The notes beneath the pieces are model-generated. The model searched no databases, was not told where the DNA came from, and worked only from the letters and a program-made list of their open reading frames with translations. From positions 4,774,001-4,838,000 of the forward strand of contig OZ316775.1 in assembly GCA_973851085.1 (NCBI GenBank): a DNA stretch of 64,000 nucleotides, read 5' to 3'. Each line of letters starts with the position of its first letter. Within the stretch, counting starts at the first letter, position 1. Shown in pieces: positions 1 through 13,300 of the stretch. A program made the position numbers and the translations under genes. Source of the stretch: Ptychomitrium polyphyllum. Its lineage: Eukaryota.

Positions 1-3000
1 AGTAACAATGCCTGCCACTCGACCACTTTTCCGAAGGTCTTCCGCCACTCCACCCCTACGTCCCAAATCATTAGACATAAGCAAGGGGAGCAAGACCATC
101 TCAGAAAGTACAACAACCAGATAGGTACCCATGACCCACCCAAACACTACACATATCCAGCTTGGTCGCGTCCAAAAATACGTCACAAGACTCCGTAAGT
201 TCATAGAGAATTTATTACAACAACAAAATATAATATACCTTTGCATGCTAAATTCATAGATACGAAAATAGAGCACCGATATCAATCTGCAGACAAAGCT
301 TGAGCACCATAAGAAACTTACTTGCAAGAATCACAGTCATAGCACTTTATTGAGTCGTCGTTGGAGTATCTCGTGCAATCCGGAATGGAAGGCAGAAGCA
401 CTGAGGTTGTGTTGAAAGTACCGGGACCGGTCATAGTGTAGCCACATCTGCATTATATCAATGCACATGAATCACAGCCAGTGAAGAATTGGCGAAAACT
501 CCCATCAAAGTCTAGAATAAAGCCAAAGGACAGAGCAATACTACGAATGAAACCTCGTAAATAATATTCAAGCTTAATGGGGATGACAAACAGCAGATAG
601 AATTTGTACACGAAAGTGTTTACATGGAAGGGCATCAATTCCTCAAACTAGCGGTACTTGCAGAAACTACAACAGCAGCTATCAAATCTTAAAGTGGGGT
701 ACTAGTAGAACGTTAGAAATATATCGTAACTCCCAAAGTCACCTGTTTGATCAATTCATTCATCCATCTAGAGGACATTTTACTGAATAACAATGAATCT
801 TTCAAGAACAAAAATGTTTCCCACAGGAACATAAGAACTGGCCAGATAAAGTGTATTCTTACTCTGCAGGAGGACGACAGCAGCCAGACTGTATCGAATT
901 CAAGTCCGAGTAGGGATAATCCACAGGCTGTACACATCAAATCAAAACAAAAATCAATTCACAGAATTCATGACAATAACGAGGATCAATAAATCTAGAC
1001 TTGATCTTAGACAGCATTTCGCTACTTGCCCAATTTATCAACGCAGCATACATTCGATTTCAAAACAAGTTAAATAGGAAACAGAACAATCCATCAAATG
1101 AGGTATCGGGTGATCAAAATATAACCGAGGATCTAACAGACTAATAGTTGCAAATCAGCAATGTACTGTAGTGTACATGATATCGTTACCACAGAAAATG
1201 CAAAGTACGTACCTGTATTTGATCAAATTTCGAGCAGCTATCGCTTGCCGCAATGACAGCTTTCAGATGATTCCAATTTGAATCCTTGTTTAACTGCGTA
1301 TCCATATCGATAAATGTAGTTTCTGCTAGTGAGACTAGAATAACAAGCACCTTTCTAATATTTACCGAATAAAAAACTAACAAAATAACAAATAATTCAA
1401 TAAATATGAGACGGTCCTCTCATTGAAGCAGTTGGATCCAATAATTTCTCGGAAAGGTTTGAAGGAATTTCAAATAAGCTTGCTAAGGTCAAAGGTAACA
1501 AATAGTAGATACTCCAGTGACACCATAATTCATAAGGAAAAGACATACCCTGTCTTGCACGTAGCTTGAGTATGAACTCAAATTGTACTGCTTAAACCTG
1601 TAATCCACAAAGTACAGCGAGTGGGAAAAAATCTAGGGGTTAAAAAAGATGAGCCCCACTACACTGCAACTCGTGAAATGAAAATTTGAATCTATAATTT
1701 ATACTTAATTTATTAGTGTCTGAGCAACGTCGTGCAATTATTTTTAAAAGAATATTTCTTAGAATAATTTTAGAGAAAAAAACTCTGAATAGTATTGCAC
1801 AATACTCCTGCTATCAATGCTGCACAGACATATTTTGTTCACCGAAGTGATGGATCACATTCACTCGAATCGATGATAAAAATTAGAGCGATGAAAGTAA
1901 ATTAGAACTTACTGTACGCCTGCAACATTGTGCCCTCCTCCTTTACTTGTTACTGCAAATCTGAGGCACAACGGTACACACAAATCCTTAGTGATACTGC
2001 TTTGTCGCGTGTCAGAGCCTAGGCACAAAATGCTGTACATAAGCTTCAGATTCTAGTCTGTCAACAAGCCAACTTTATGCCCAATGCCCCTTCAAACAAC
2101 AACCTTCTAATTAAAGAAATCCAACGTCCAAAGTGAATAAAGACTTTCTTGGTGATAAGAAGGTAGCAACTCACAAGAATATCGATAGAATCAGAAATCC
2201 AACGAGTGTTGCAAATGTCAGCACCAGGTACTGTGGTAACCTCAGTCAAGGGAACGTCGTGTCAAGTTCTGAAAAGCCTCTACAAACATCACATAAAATT
2301 CACTCCATTCAACATAATCACTTAGCTGAACATCCGGTGTGAATTTTATTTGCAAAACAAACCATTTCTCAAAACCTGAGCTCCAGGCTCTACCATCACT
2401 TCCGTCGTGTAAAAGGATACGGTGTACAGGATAGGTACAAGTGCAAACCAGGCACCAAAAAGACCCAGCACAGCTCTGCACATACAAAGTCATTTTTCAC
2501 AACATAAGATTCGACCAGAACATCTACAGGTCCGCAAAAGAATATCTGACGATGAACAGCAGTCCCTGTTGATGAAAAAGTCGCGAGATGCAAGGTATCC
2601 CTAGTCCTATATATCTTTCACACAACTCAGTGGAACACAAAGCATAGAAGACGCCATATCCATGAACAAATTGGTTGCCAGGAGTTCGGAGGCAGAGTGC
2701 ATGGCCAGAAACCATATATGTAGACTGAAGGACTTACACAAATAAGAAGAAGGCGCCAACCAGGAATACCGGTACTGTCGCATACTTCTCGCAATCGCCG
2801 GGTCTAGTTGCTAGCCATATGCCTAGTGATATGAGGGCTATGGAAAGTAACTGCAATTCATACATCAAATCATGGATGAGATTTGATTAAATTTGATATT
2901 TCCGTAGCCTCCAATACTTGCACTTACAGATTTCTCAACGCGCTAGTAATATATCTTCAAGCAAAGCAAATCATGCAAGCTATGAAATTTTAAACAAGGG

Positions 3001-3159
3001 ATTGGATCTCGTCACTAACAGCCCTAACATTATACTCAGAAAATTGAACCAAGCACATTAAAGACAACTTCCACTCACCACAGCTACAAAATTGATACCC
3101 TTGACGAGAGTGGCCCTTTGACTAATTGGTCGATCAAACTTGGAGTATCCATCATCCAT
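1..3159 (-). CDS. Tetraspanin, TET10-like (copy A), multi-exon, 3' end runs off the window
   Basis: GT-AG exons read by hand: 3159-3079 (MDDGYSKFDRPISQRATLVKGINFVAV), 2850-2738 (LLSIALISLGIWLATRPGDCEKY..), 2475-2421, 2230-2175, 1960-1913, 1597-1549, 1293-1213, 927-863 (PVDYPYSDLNSIQSGCCRPPAE), 447-322 (CGY..DCTRYSNDDSIKCYDCDSCK), 55-<1. The plant tetraspanin GCC(K/R)P motif and Cys-rich EC2 loop are present; the intron-rich structure is typical of the TET10 lineage. Confidence 0.9.
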
Positions 3160-4632
3160 CTTTCAAGAGAAAGAGAAAGCTACCAGGTAGTGTACAAAAT
3201 TCCCCTACTTACTTGCTTCTCCAACAACCAGAATGTTCAAACCAGAGAAACTTGCGGTGGAATTGGAAACCTGCACGCAATGAACAAGAGAATAAGACGA
3301 ACTAATAACATAAAGAAACCAAAAAAAATACACGAAAACATATGCTAAAGTTGGCCTTAAGGCTAGTCTTTCCGCACCACCACCCGTTGGAAAATCCCTA
3401 TGACGCTACAATGACATCTAAACATAATGTGTCAATCCTGACATGTTCATTAGGTTTCAAATATACAGCTCAAACTTTATAAGGCCAATTAATGAAAAGA
3501 TGAATAATATCAGAATCAAAATGATAAACTCACTAAGGAAAAACAACCAGCACTCTGGCAAAGATGGAGGCTCGGCAAAGCTACTAGGAAGTCACGATAA
3601 CAGAACAACAACCGCACCCAAATACTAGAATGTGCGTCAACAATATCCATCCAAAGCTTAATATAAGCCACCAATATTCGGAAAAGAATACACAAAATCA
3701 CACTCATCAACTCGTCAAGGTAATTAGGATTGCGGAATACGGCAGATTAGGGGACCAAAAAGAACTAGAGCAGGTGAAGATGCTGCTAAATGGACAAGTA
3801 ACTAGACTTAAACGTCCATTTCGGTGCAAGGTAGAACCTACTCGAAAGGACCATATACAAGAGCTAGCTAAGTGAACTCATTTGAAAATCACAAATGCTT
3901 CCGCGTGACAGACTATCCAGACAGAAGAAGGTCCACAGCCAGTTACAGTTTCAGATCTACAGTCAAGTAGAAACACAAAAAAACTCAATTGCTCTAAGAG
4001 CGGCTCATAAATGTCATTCAATCGATCAGAGCATCCTCAGTTCGGTGCATACTCGGTCCATTAAAACAGAGTGAAGTAACAGTCGCACTCTTCAAACATG
4101 TAAATGCAGAACAGTGATAACCGACGGAGAGAAGTGCAGTCGAAACATAAAGCCAATGCACATACGACTTTCCCCAAAGCTCCGCAAATTAGAAAAAGCT
4201 TCGCCAAATCATTAGAAACTAGCAAGGTTGCGCCAATACGACTTTCAAAACACCAAACAGCAAGCCCTGCACTCAACAGAGCCACGCTTTCGACACAACA
4301 GAGCTGACAAAGTAGTGCCGTGCAACACCACAGTATAGACGTCTCACGAAACTCCAGTAAGCACAGCAACCTCCCATCACAACCAGCTAAACCACCGCTG
4401 CAACTCCTACTCCCTCCGACACAACAAAGATCCGCCACAGAACCTCACTCACCACCTCATTGACTTGTTCCGCTATAAACAATCAGCCATTCATCAAGAA
4501 ACGGACACAGCACACGCAACCTCCACAGCACTGCTAAGTGGCTCACTAAAAGCCTCCTCCTCTCACAACAAGCATCTTCACAGCTATGAGGCCAAGAAAC
4601 GCCACAAGCTGCCCGAAAACGCACCAACTTCC

Positions 4633-4682
4633 GCCTCAATTCGCACCGCATTCAGCCTCAATTAGCACCGCATTCAGCCTCA
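4633..4682. repeat. 22-bp tandem repeat, about 2.3 copies
   Basis: gcctcaatt(c/a)gcaccgcattca x2 plus gcctca. Confidence 0.85.
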
Positions 4683-5612
4683 CACACGGAGCGTCAGTGC
4701 TCCTCTGCTTCCGCTCAATAATTGCACCACGACGCCAGATGATCCCCGCTCCTTGTGATGCTCGCGAGGTGAAGAACGCGCAACCGAAAGGAGAGCGCAC
4801 AATCGGAAAGAAAATTGCCACGAAACCTGCGCAGCGCATCGAAACCCACCCCAAGTGCAGTGTCCTCAAGAAGAGCGCCTGCCTGCCTTCCATAGCCATG
4901 CTCGCCATGGGCTGCCGTCCACCGGCCTCGACGCCCTTCGCAGCCGTCCGTCCAATTGTCGACGAAATCCACGGGTTTCGTCCCCACCTCAGCTACGAAA
5001 GTGCGCCCACGTCAGGCCTCTGAGCACTGCAAGCCCAGAACCGTCACCGCACGCACAACCGTCATCGTCTACCTTTAACAGTACACTCAATGAAAACTAC
5101 AATCTTCGTGGCGTGTCGAAGCGCAGAACCGTCACTACGGAAGTGATCGACATTATCTTCCAAATTAGTAGATTTCATGGTGTAGTTTCTAAGATTGTCG
5201 TAGATAAGGGCGGATTTGGATGCGATGACGGCTTTTGGCATGGGTTCGTAAAAGGCTGGGTTCTGGGGCGCACGTTCGTGGACGAAAGGACGGCTGGAGG
5301 TGACAATGATGGGCGACGATATTTGTGCACGGGCATCGCCTTTGGTATCCTATGGTTCTCCTTGGGGGAGGTGTTCGTCGGCTCCTCGTCGTCGAGGACG
5401 ACGTTTATTGGGACTCGAGTCTTTGGGAGGGGAGCTCAGGAGTGTTTTGGGGTTGGAGGAAATAATTCTGTCCTGGTCAGCGGAATGGTTGTGTAACATT
5501 CTTAGCCCTATGTCAATGTGCCTTCCAAGCATCTTCATCTCAGTCAAATGTAGTATAGGGGTAACTAGTACATCACTTATGTGAACACATAATTCATGCA
5601 CCCTTTATATTG

Positions 5613-5652
5613 ATTGGATGGCAGCCGTTGTAATTGGATGGCAGCCGTTGTA
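5613..5652. repeat. 20-bp perfect tandem duplication
   Basis: attggatggcagccgttgta x2. Confidence 0.9.
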
Positions 5653-8600
5653 ACTACTTTTAGAACATTCTCATGCAACACTTGCATCAAATGCTAAGTA
5701 CTTATATGTCCATGACATACAAGGCTGTCTACCTTGCAATGGGAATCTTACCAGACCCAAGGATTACAATGAAGGAGTGAGAAGTTACAACATGCCATTA
5801 GGGACAATACGAAGTTGAAAAGACAACATGTGTGCATTGACATTCAATACCTTCAACAAAGTATCATGCACAAAGTGAGTGGTTAGGTAAGATGTAGAGC
5901 AGACCACACAGGAATATAGGTGTCTAAGAGTTGGTAAAATCATAAACTTAAGTTTGACCAGTTCCCAGAGTTGATGCGATGCTGGTTGGCACTTTCACCT
6001 TTTCAATAGGCAACTTTCATTATTAGAGGAAGGACCCCAATGGAGGAGTGTCGGCCTACTTTAGATCACCTTGGGGTTGGGAATGCATGATAAGACATGG
6101 TGACACTAGGGAATTTGGATTTGTGCCCCACCAAATTCTCACAAGTCTCCATATTAGGTTCAAAGTATCATTAAACAGGGTCTTAGAGTTCTGACATAGC
6201 GTTCCTGAAGGCTTTAAGGGCTTTGCATAATACTCATACACAAGATTACTGAAGAAGATTAACAGGTGCTTTTAATCAAACACAATGACCAACATTAGCA
6301 CGTGACATCTTATATATACCCTACCAATCATAAGTACAACCGCACAATACTGTCCATACAAGGGAAAAAGATCCTCATCATACAAATATGCTTAACGATG
6401 GACAATTCAGACTCCTCAAAAAAGCCATATATACATAGAGGCAACAGCACTACATTTCAATCATGAACCAAACAGAGGGGCACTATGATCAAATAAACTT
6501 CTCCTCACAGTAAACTTAAGATCAAACATGCACAAAACATAACTTTGATCCACAAACTCTGTTAATCAGAATTCTTTGATAAGTCCAAATTTAGTAAAAG
6601 CCTATTGGATTCTACAAGTGTTGAAAATCAAAAAAACATATAATATCATGCTATTATCTCTGATGGTATACAACCACATTGGAAATGAAAAACAAAGAGT
6701 CCATCATCAAAAATAATAGCTGGTTCCATTTAATTAAACACTTCAATTACGCATTAATATTGTACATTGGGAATTTTGCTCACATTATAAGGTTGCGAAC
6801 ATCAAATAACCATAGGATAGGAAAAAGATTCAATGATCAATCAAAAAGGTTGAACTAAGGGGTACTAAAGAAGGGGTGTGCTATGGTGGGATAAGTCTAC
6901 AAAACAAAGCTCTATAACATTTGTAAATGAAATGGAAAAACCAAGCAACATATGAAATGTGCCTGCATGCACTAAATGCAAATGTTATAGTCCATGGATT
7001 ATAATCATGGTAAGCATGAAGGGAGAAGAATGTGCAGTATGTAACTTGAGGACAACTAATGGGTTAATTTTCCATTAGTATGCACCAATATTGGTAAAAA
7101 GAGACCAAATGTATTTTTAATTGCCAACTATATAGTAAGTGGATCCACTAGTTTGCAAAGTAGGTATTGACGTTTCTATCAAAAGTGCACATGCAATGTC
7201 CAAGAAACCATTTCATGTATCAAACTAAAGAACAAAATGGAGGTGGACAATCAATTACCAAATTTTATAGCTTATAGTCCAAATATTGAGAAATTGCATA
7301 AAAAAGGAACATGCAACTGCCTATTCCACATCATTTATAGCGTTTTGGAACAATGTACAATTTTAATACTTCTCCTATGGTTTTAGAAGAACTTCTGGCA
7401 TGTGCACATATTATCAATGATAGTATAAGTGGATATATCATCTTCCTATATAAAAATACCTACTACTCATGTTGACACAATATGTGTATCCATCATTGAC
7501 ATCTAAAAAAGACATATATCCACCACATGCCACAACAAGTGTATCCATCACTGACATTTTGAATACAAGGAGATTTATCATTTGAAAAGGTGAATGCACC
7601 TATCATTCATATCTACATCTATCATTGATCCTTGCAAAGTAAACAGATCTTTCACCTGACAAAATAAAGGTACATATCATTGATGTGTGTGTAGATTCTT
7701 GCAAAATAGATCTGTTATTTAACAAGGTGTTTACATTGGTTGTTTAAATGCTTACAGAGAGTTGCTTCAATGAATCCAACCTACAATAAAAACGTTCAAT
7801 AAGCTTTCAAATACAACCTAAGAACTTGAAAGCAGGCTTTATTTTGATAGCATATAGATCTTTTAACCATAAAACTACAAGACTTTTTAATATAGCCTAA
7901 TATCAATATAATTTTGTTTTTATCATTGATGCAATACAAATGCTAAATGACTAACATACAATGGTCTAATTGCTATTATTCATTATCAATTACAAGATCC
8001 ATCTTTTTCATAAATCATAAAACTTGTTGTGATGTTTTTTCATACATATACATTGTCATTTATTATATTGAAACATCACACTAACTAAATGGATAGCATG
8101 TCTCTAACATCTTCAAAATAAATTAAAAGACACATATAATGTGAATACAAAGATATTTGATGACCAATTAACATGTAGAATTTACATTAAACACTAGCGT
8201 TCTATTTTCAAATTCTAAAGATTGTTTTAAATAATACAAGTCCTACAATCACAATCTTAGATTTAGCACAACATTCAAAAGATCACAATTCTCTATTCAC
8301 AACTATGGTAGCAACATTGAATTGTATTCTCTGTTAGATTTTGTTTCCAACACTTGATATTTAAACAAATAGCAATTTTGAAAATGAACACATGTGGAAT
8401 ATCAAAGCTTGTGTTACATTCTTGAATAAAGCCAAATCCAACCTTCTCCTATTATAGATGATTCATGTAAATGAACATTGAGTTTTCCTTATCCAATCAA
8501 TTAATACTCACCTATTTACTTGCACACATGCACTTGCTTCATTGTTATAGTCACATGTAAGTCTTTTAGTATGTTTTGTTCAAAAAGTTTAAACTCCATT

Positions 8601-9282
8601 TACAAACAATTCTAAGATGAGGTTTGTAAATGAAATGGTTTGAAAATGTTGTAAAAGAGTTGTTTGAAGCGCATAAAAATTATGCACTTTGGAAGTTACT
8701 TTTTCACAACTAATTCATGCAATGTCCAATAGACATGTTTTAGAATGTACTAAAATACATTCTTAGCTTGGCTATTTTTCAAAAAAAAAATTCCTACATC
8801 AATAAACAATTCCACCTCTAATTTCTTACAAAGCATATTCAAACTATATTGAATGTAATTCTCTTCAAGTTTTTTTGCAACATGAGTAGGTGTATCATTG
8901 AATAACTCATACTATAAACTACCTTACAATTCAAATTCCAGCCACATTAGCAACTAATAACATTTGAGTGTAATAAGATTGGCAACAAATAATCTTTCAT
9001 CTAAAATTTACCAATCTTCATTCAAATAAGTAACAGTTCCTTTGTCACAAAAATTGGAGTCAATTTATTGTCCTCATTGGCTCTTTTAAGGCGGACACAA
9101 AATCCTTGATTCAAGTGATGTATGCAAATTCTAACAAAGCTTGTCAAAGAGATGTATTGTTATACTTCATATGCAACTTCAGACCATTACCCATGGTGGC
9201 TATCATCTACGTGCATGGCATCATTCTTACCGTACATAACGTTGCTTAGTTTTAGCAAACCTGGTAGCCCAATTCTTTTTCA

Positions 9283-9371
9283 CATATGAGGGAAAGGACA
9301 TTTGTAACTTTTTCACACGCTGTCCTAATGATACATTCGAGAGTTTAATCAAATGTCCTTTCCCTCATGTG
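9283..9371. repeat. Short inverted repeat (22-bp arms, 45-bp spacer), MITE-like or hairpin
   Basis: catatgagggaaaggacatttg ... caaatgtcctttccctcatgtg (21/22 complementary); mirrored at 26888-26976. Confidence 0.75.
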
Positions 9372-10382
9372 GGTATGATTCAATAAACAAAATTGTGATT
9401 TGTTGCGAGTGACCATGTTCAGTTGCCTTACAGTCACCGTTATGAGTGTTGCTGCCTCGAGGGTGACCCACCCCAACTGCTCGTGAATGTTATAGAACTC
9501 CTACATGAGAGCAACTCTCCCATTCCAACCGCCCACTTCCATCTGGCGAACTCTGGACCCAAGCTCGCCTTTCGAAACAGCTAATCAACTCTATGAAGAA
9601 AACAGATAAAATACAAACCCCACATGACGCCCACAAATTCATATTCTTAAATCAGGAAAACAACTCCCAAACTCAATGAACCTAGACTGAGGCCCGAACC
9701 AAAATCTCATGGAACTACAGAAACACCAACGTCACAAACCGCAACGCCCAGGACGAGGTGGCACAACGCAACAGAAAGATATTGCAACCTTGTAACAAGA
9801 AGCTTCAAGTGCACTTCTCAAGCACAACGAAGAACCACACCAATTTAAGCAGACAAATCCAACCGCAAGAACCTCCACAGGCTCTAGCAACAGCAAAAAG
9901 ATTGCATCCACCATTTTCTTGCAATAAACCATTCACCTTCAAGCCCGCCACAAACAATTAAGCTGATGGGTGGGTTGCAGAGAAAACAAAGGTACACCAA
10001 AATCGAAACCTGCTGTTCCCAGGAAACGCACCGTGATATAGTAAACGACTGAGGGGGAGGGGACCCGCACCCGGTAACCACTTCAAGGAGACTGCACAAA
10101 TAATGTTACAACGACTCAACACCACCACTGGTGCCCCACAAGAGACCCGGCCTAATCTGGACTGATTCCCACACGCTCGATCTCCCTGCAATCTCTAAAC
10201 CAAAATTTCTTGCCGATGCATACCGTCACCGTCGCTGCTGCAGCAACTCGGCCTGCCCCGGCTTTCCAACGGTCGGAGAGACTCCCCACCTATTGTCATG
10301 CCATGATCTCAAAGAATGTACAGTGAACATAGGCCCAGTGGCCGGTGTGCCCAGCAGGTTCTCGGCACTCCGCATCGCCACT

Positions 10383-13300
10383 CTAGCCTTGCAGGATCTC
10401 CTCCAGCTCCCTGAACCCGTGCAGTACCGGCTCCACATCTCCAGGCGGCATCGCTATGCGCCGCACTTCTGTCATGTACCTGTTCCCACCCAACACCGTC
10501 TGTTACTTGACTGATCCACCCTCTGGTATCGACCATTCCAGAAAGCCCTGCCCAAGTCCGCAAGGCGCAAGTAACAACACTGAAACTCCCGCAGGTTCGT
10601 CCCCCTCCACGACTCACGCCCACGCACCGCAACACAAGGCTGTACCACACCCCTCCCTCTGGAGCCTCGATACCAAAACCACCATACAAGCATGCGACCA
10701 CAACACCACAGGAACACCGCGCCCACACGCACCTGTTGGCTGTGCTCGCCAGCTTGTCGCGCATGCCTTGGTTGCTCAGGGCCTGTGCGGCACCTCCAAA
10801 CAACAGCGACCTGCCGGCTATGCTGGACCCCATGCCCGTCGACAGCACGGCCATCGCCCATTCCCGCATCACAGTCAGTACGGACCGGAGTATCCGAAGA
10901 CGCAGAGACGGCTTTGGTAGTATTGCCCCGCTTGCCAACACCCGATCGTAGTTCCTCTGTACGGGCTCCGCAGCACCTTTGCACGCGGCCAGCAACGCGC
11001 GAGGGATGTCTTCGTCCCCTACCACCTCTGTTCCCGCCCTCATTTTATCCTGTGTCAACATCACAGTCCACCCAAAACGTGTCACTGCCCATGCACCCCA
11101 TTCCCATTCCAATTTGCACCCGACGCCACACTCGACCAGACACCAGAAACATCGTCCAATGAGGTTGGGGGTTTCAGCGATCCAGTACATGAGCGGCGGT
11201 CTCCAGATGGAGGCAGATAGTGTGCAGGGGCATGCTCCCTCCGTCCCCGGGGTACAGCAGAGGGCCCACTCTTCGTACCACGGAGCACGCCTCCCCTACC
11301 CCGCCCACTGCCAGAGCCTGGTCGAGCAGACGCGTCCACGTTTCTCGCATCACGCTGTTCTCCGCATCTCCGCTGTAGTTTGAAAAATGCAGGATTTCCA
11401 GGCAGATCTGCAAGCACGACCAGTGAAACGCTGTCAAGTCCGTGCGTGAACCTCCTTGCAGACGGACGACCGTGCTCCAGGAATGAGACTGGTGCGACGA
11501 AGGTATCCAGGTACCCGATTCCACAACACGCCCGCCCCTCTCATCCCTTACATTACTCACAATCGGCCGGCTTTGGTGTCAGAACAGCGGGCACAACACC
11601 AGGTCGGCACAGGTTCCCAGGAACCGAGCAGCGCATACACTCCAAACCCCCCCACCCGGGCTGTACAACACGTCCAGTCAATCCTGACCGTAGGAGACAT
11701 GAACGAGGGCGCAACTGACTCACCTCCCACAGCTCAAATCGACATGCATAGTCGTTGTATAGTTGCGTGATGCTCTTCAACTCGGTACTCAGCTCCTCCG
11801 ACTTCTCTCGTGCAGCGTGAGCCCTGCTCTCGTCCACAAACACTCCCGGAAACGCCCTCGAAAACGGGAACCCGTCCTCCTCCATTGGCATGTTTCCTCC
11901 TTGGTCACCGGCACCTCCGGATGCCACACGGTCCAGCGCTTCTTTGATCTTCAGCTGGAACCGCAGGACAGCCAGCTTGCCTTCCAGAAGCTCCATCAGA
12001 CCGCTGTCGGAAAGCTCCGACGACAGACCCAGACCGCCGGGAGCCCTGCTTCCACTCCGTGCTTGCAGCACTGCATTGCTCAGGTACTCGTACCTGCACA
12101 CCGCACATCCCCGGGGTCCATGTTACCACACCAACGCAACGGCAACAACACGTTGGGCGATACTTCGAGTTCAAAATTCAAATGTGCCCGATGCAACACG
12201 GGATAGCCTACCTCTGATCCAGCGTGATCTCCAAGGCGCCCTCTGGTTGTCTGCGCTCTGCCAGCCGCAGCAATACATGCGCGGCCTGCGCGTGCTGCCG
12301 CCTGTGAACATACAAACGCGACAACAGTTCCAGGTACTTGGCCTGCTCCCCTGAAATCGGCTGCCGCAACCGACTGTTATTTGGTGTCGTTGAAGGCATC
12401 GGCGACTTGAATGCCCCGCTGGTCACCTGACTTGCCTGAAGTGCACAAAATCCCAGCGTCAGGACATCGTCCAGAGGACAAGAGCACCATTATCGACACC
12501 ACCACACCGGAACTCTATGTACCAAGCAACCTCCGCAACTCTGTCGCCAATCCGCACAGAAGCCATTCCACCCTTCGTCTACCACTGGTGAAAAAAAAGG
12601 GCTCCTTGATGAGTGACCAGAGCGATCCATACCTTTGTGGTCTGGTAATTGCCCGCATTCTGTAAGAAAGTGACCAAGTCGGGCCCCCCCAGGTCCAGAA
12701 GCTCCTGCGTCAGCCCCAGTTCGATCATGGTCTGGTACAAGCATTCGTGGAAAGCGTTGTCTGGCCATCGCACGCTCAGCTGCACGATCTGCCGAATATA
12801 GCTCTCCCGCGCCGCTTCGTCCAGCAGCAACCTCGCACCGGGGGCCGACCCGGAGAATGAAATCTTCGTGTTCCCAGTATCTGCGGTCGCCTGGCCCTTC
12901 AGGGACCGGAGCGCGTTCGTCACCACGTCGTAGCACTGTCGTCGAGCTGCCGACGCCGACTGACGCCTCCCCTCGTCGATGCTCCCGTTGAACGCATCCT
13001 CGGATGGGTCCACCGCACGAGCTTTTCTCAATGGCAGCTCCACCACAGCCTCGTAGAATCTGCAGCAACACAGCATAAACATCCCATCAGCCGACAGCAC
13101 TTTCTCCTTCGCCTCCACAGCAACCCCCAGAACGGAATACAGGACCCACACCACAGTACTACGTCGACTGGGCTGGTCGGCATGCCGACTGCCCCACTCC
13201 CACATCCACCTACGGCACTCGCCGGTCACTCATCTCGCCGCCTATTCTACTGCGCCACAAAGGGCCGCTCCAACTGAAGCCCACGGACATCGACGCTTCT

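Noticed and set aside
4586..6241. ORFs of 80-213 aa between tetraspanin A and the left arm
   Set aside because: No recognisable homology or splice structure; may be UTR, promoter or decayed repeat.
6550..9280. Degenerate transposase or Helitron in the AT-rich arm DNA
   Set aside because: Looks like decayed repeat DNA, but I could not identify any diagnostic motif or terminus by eye.
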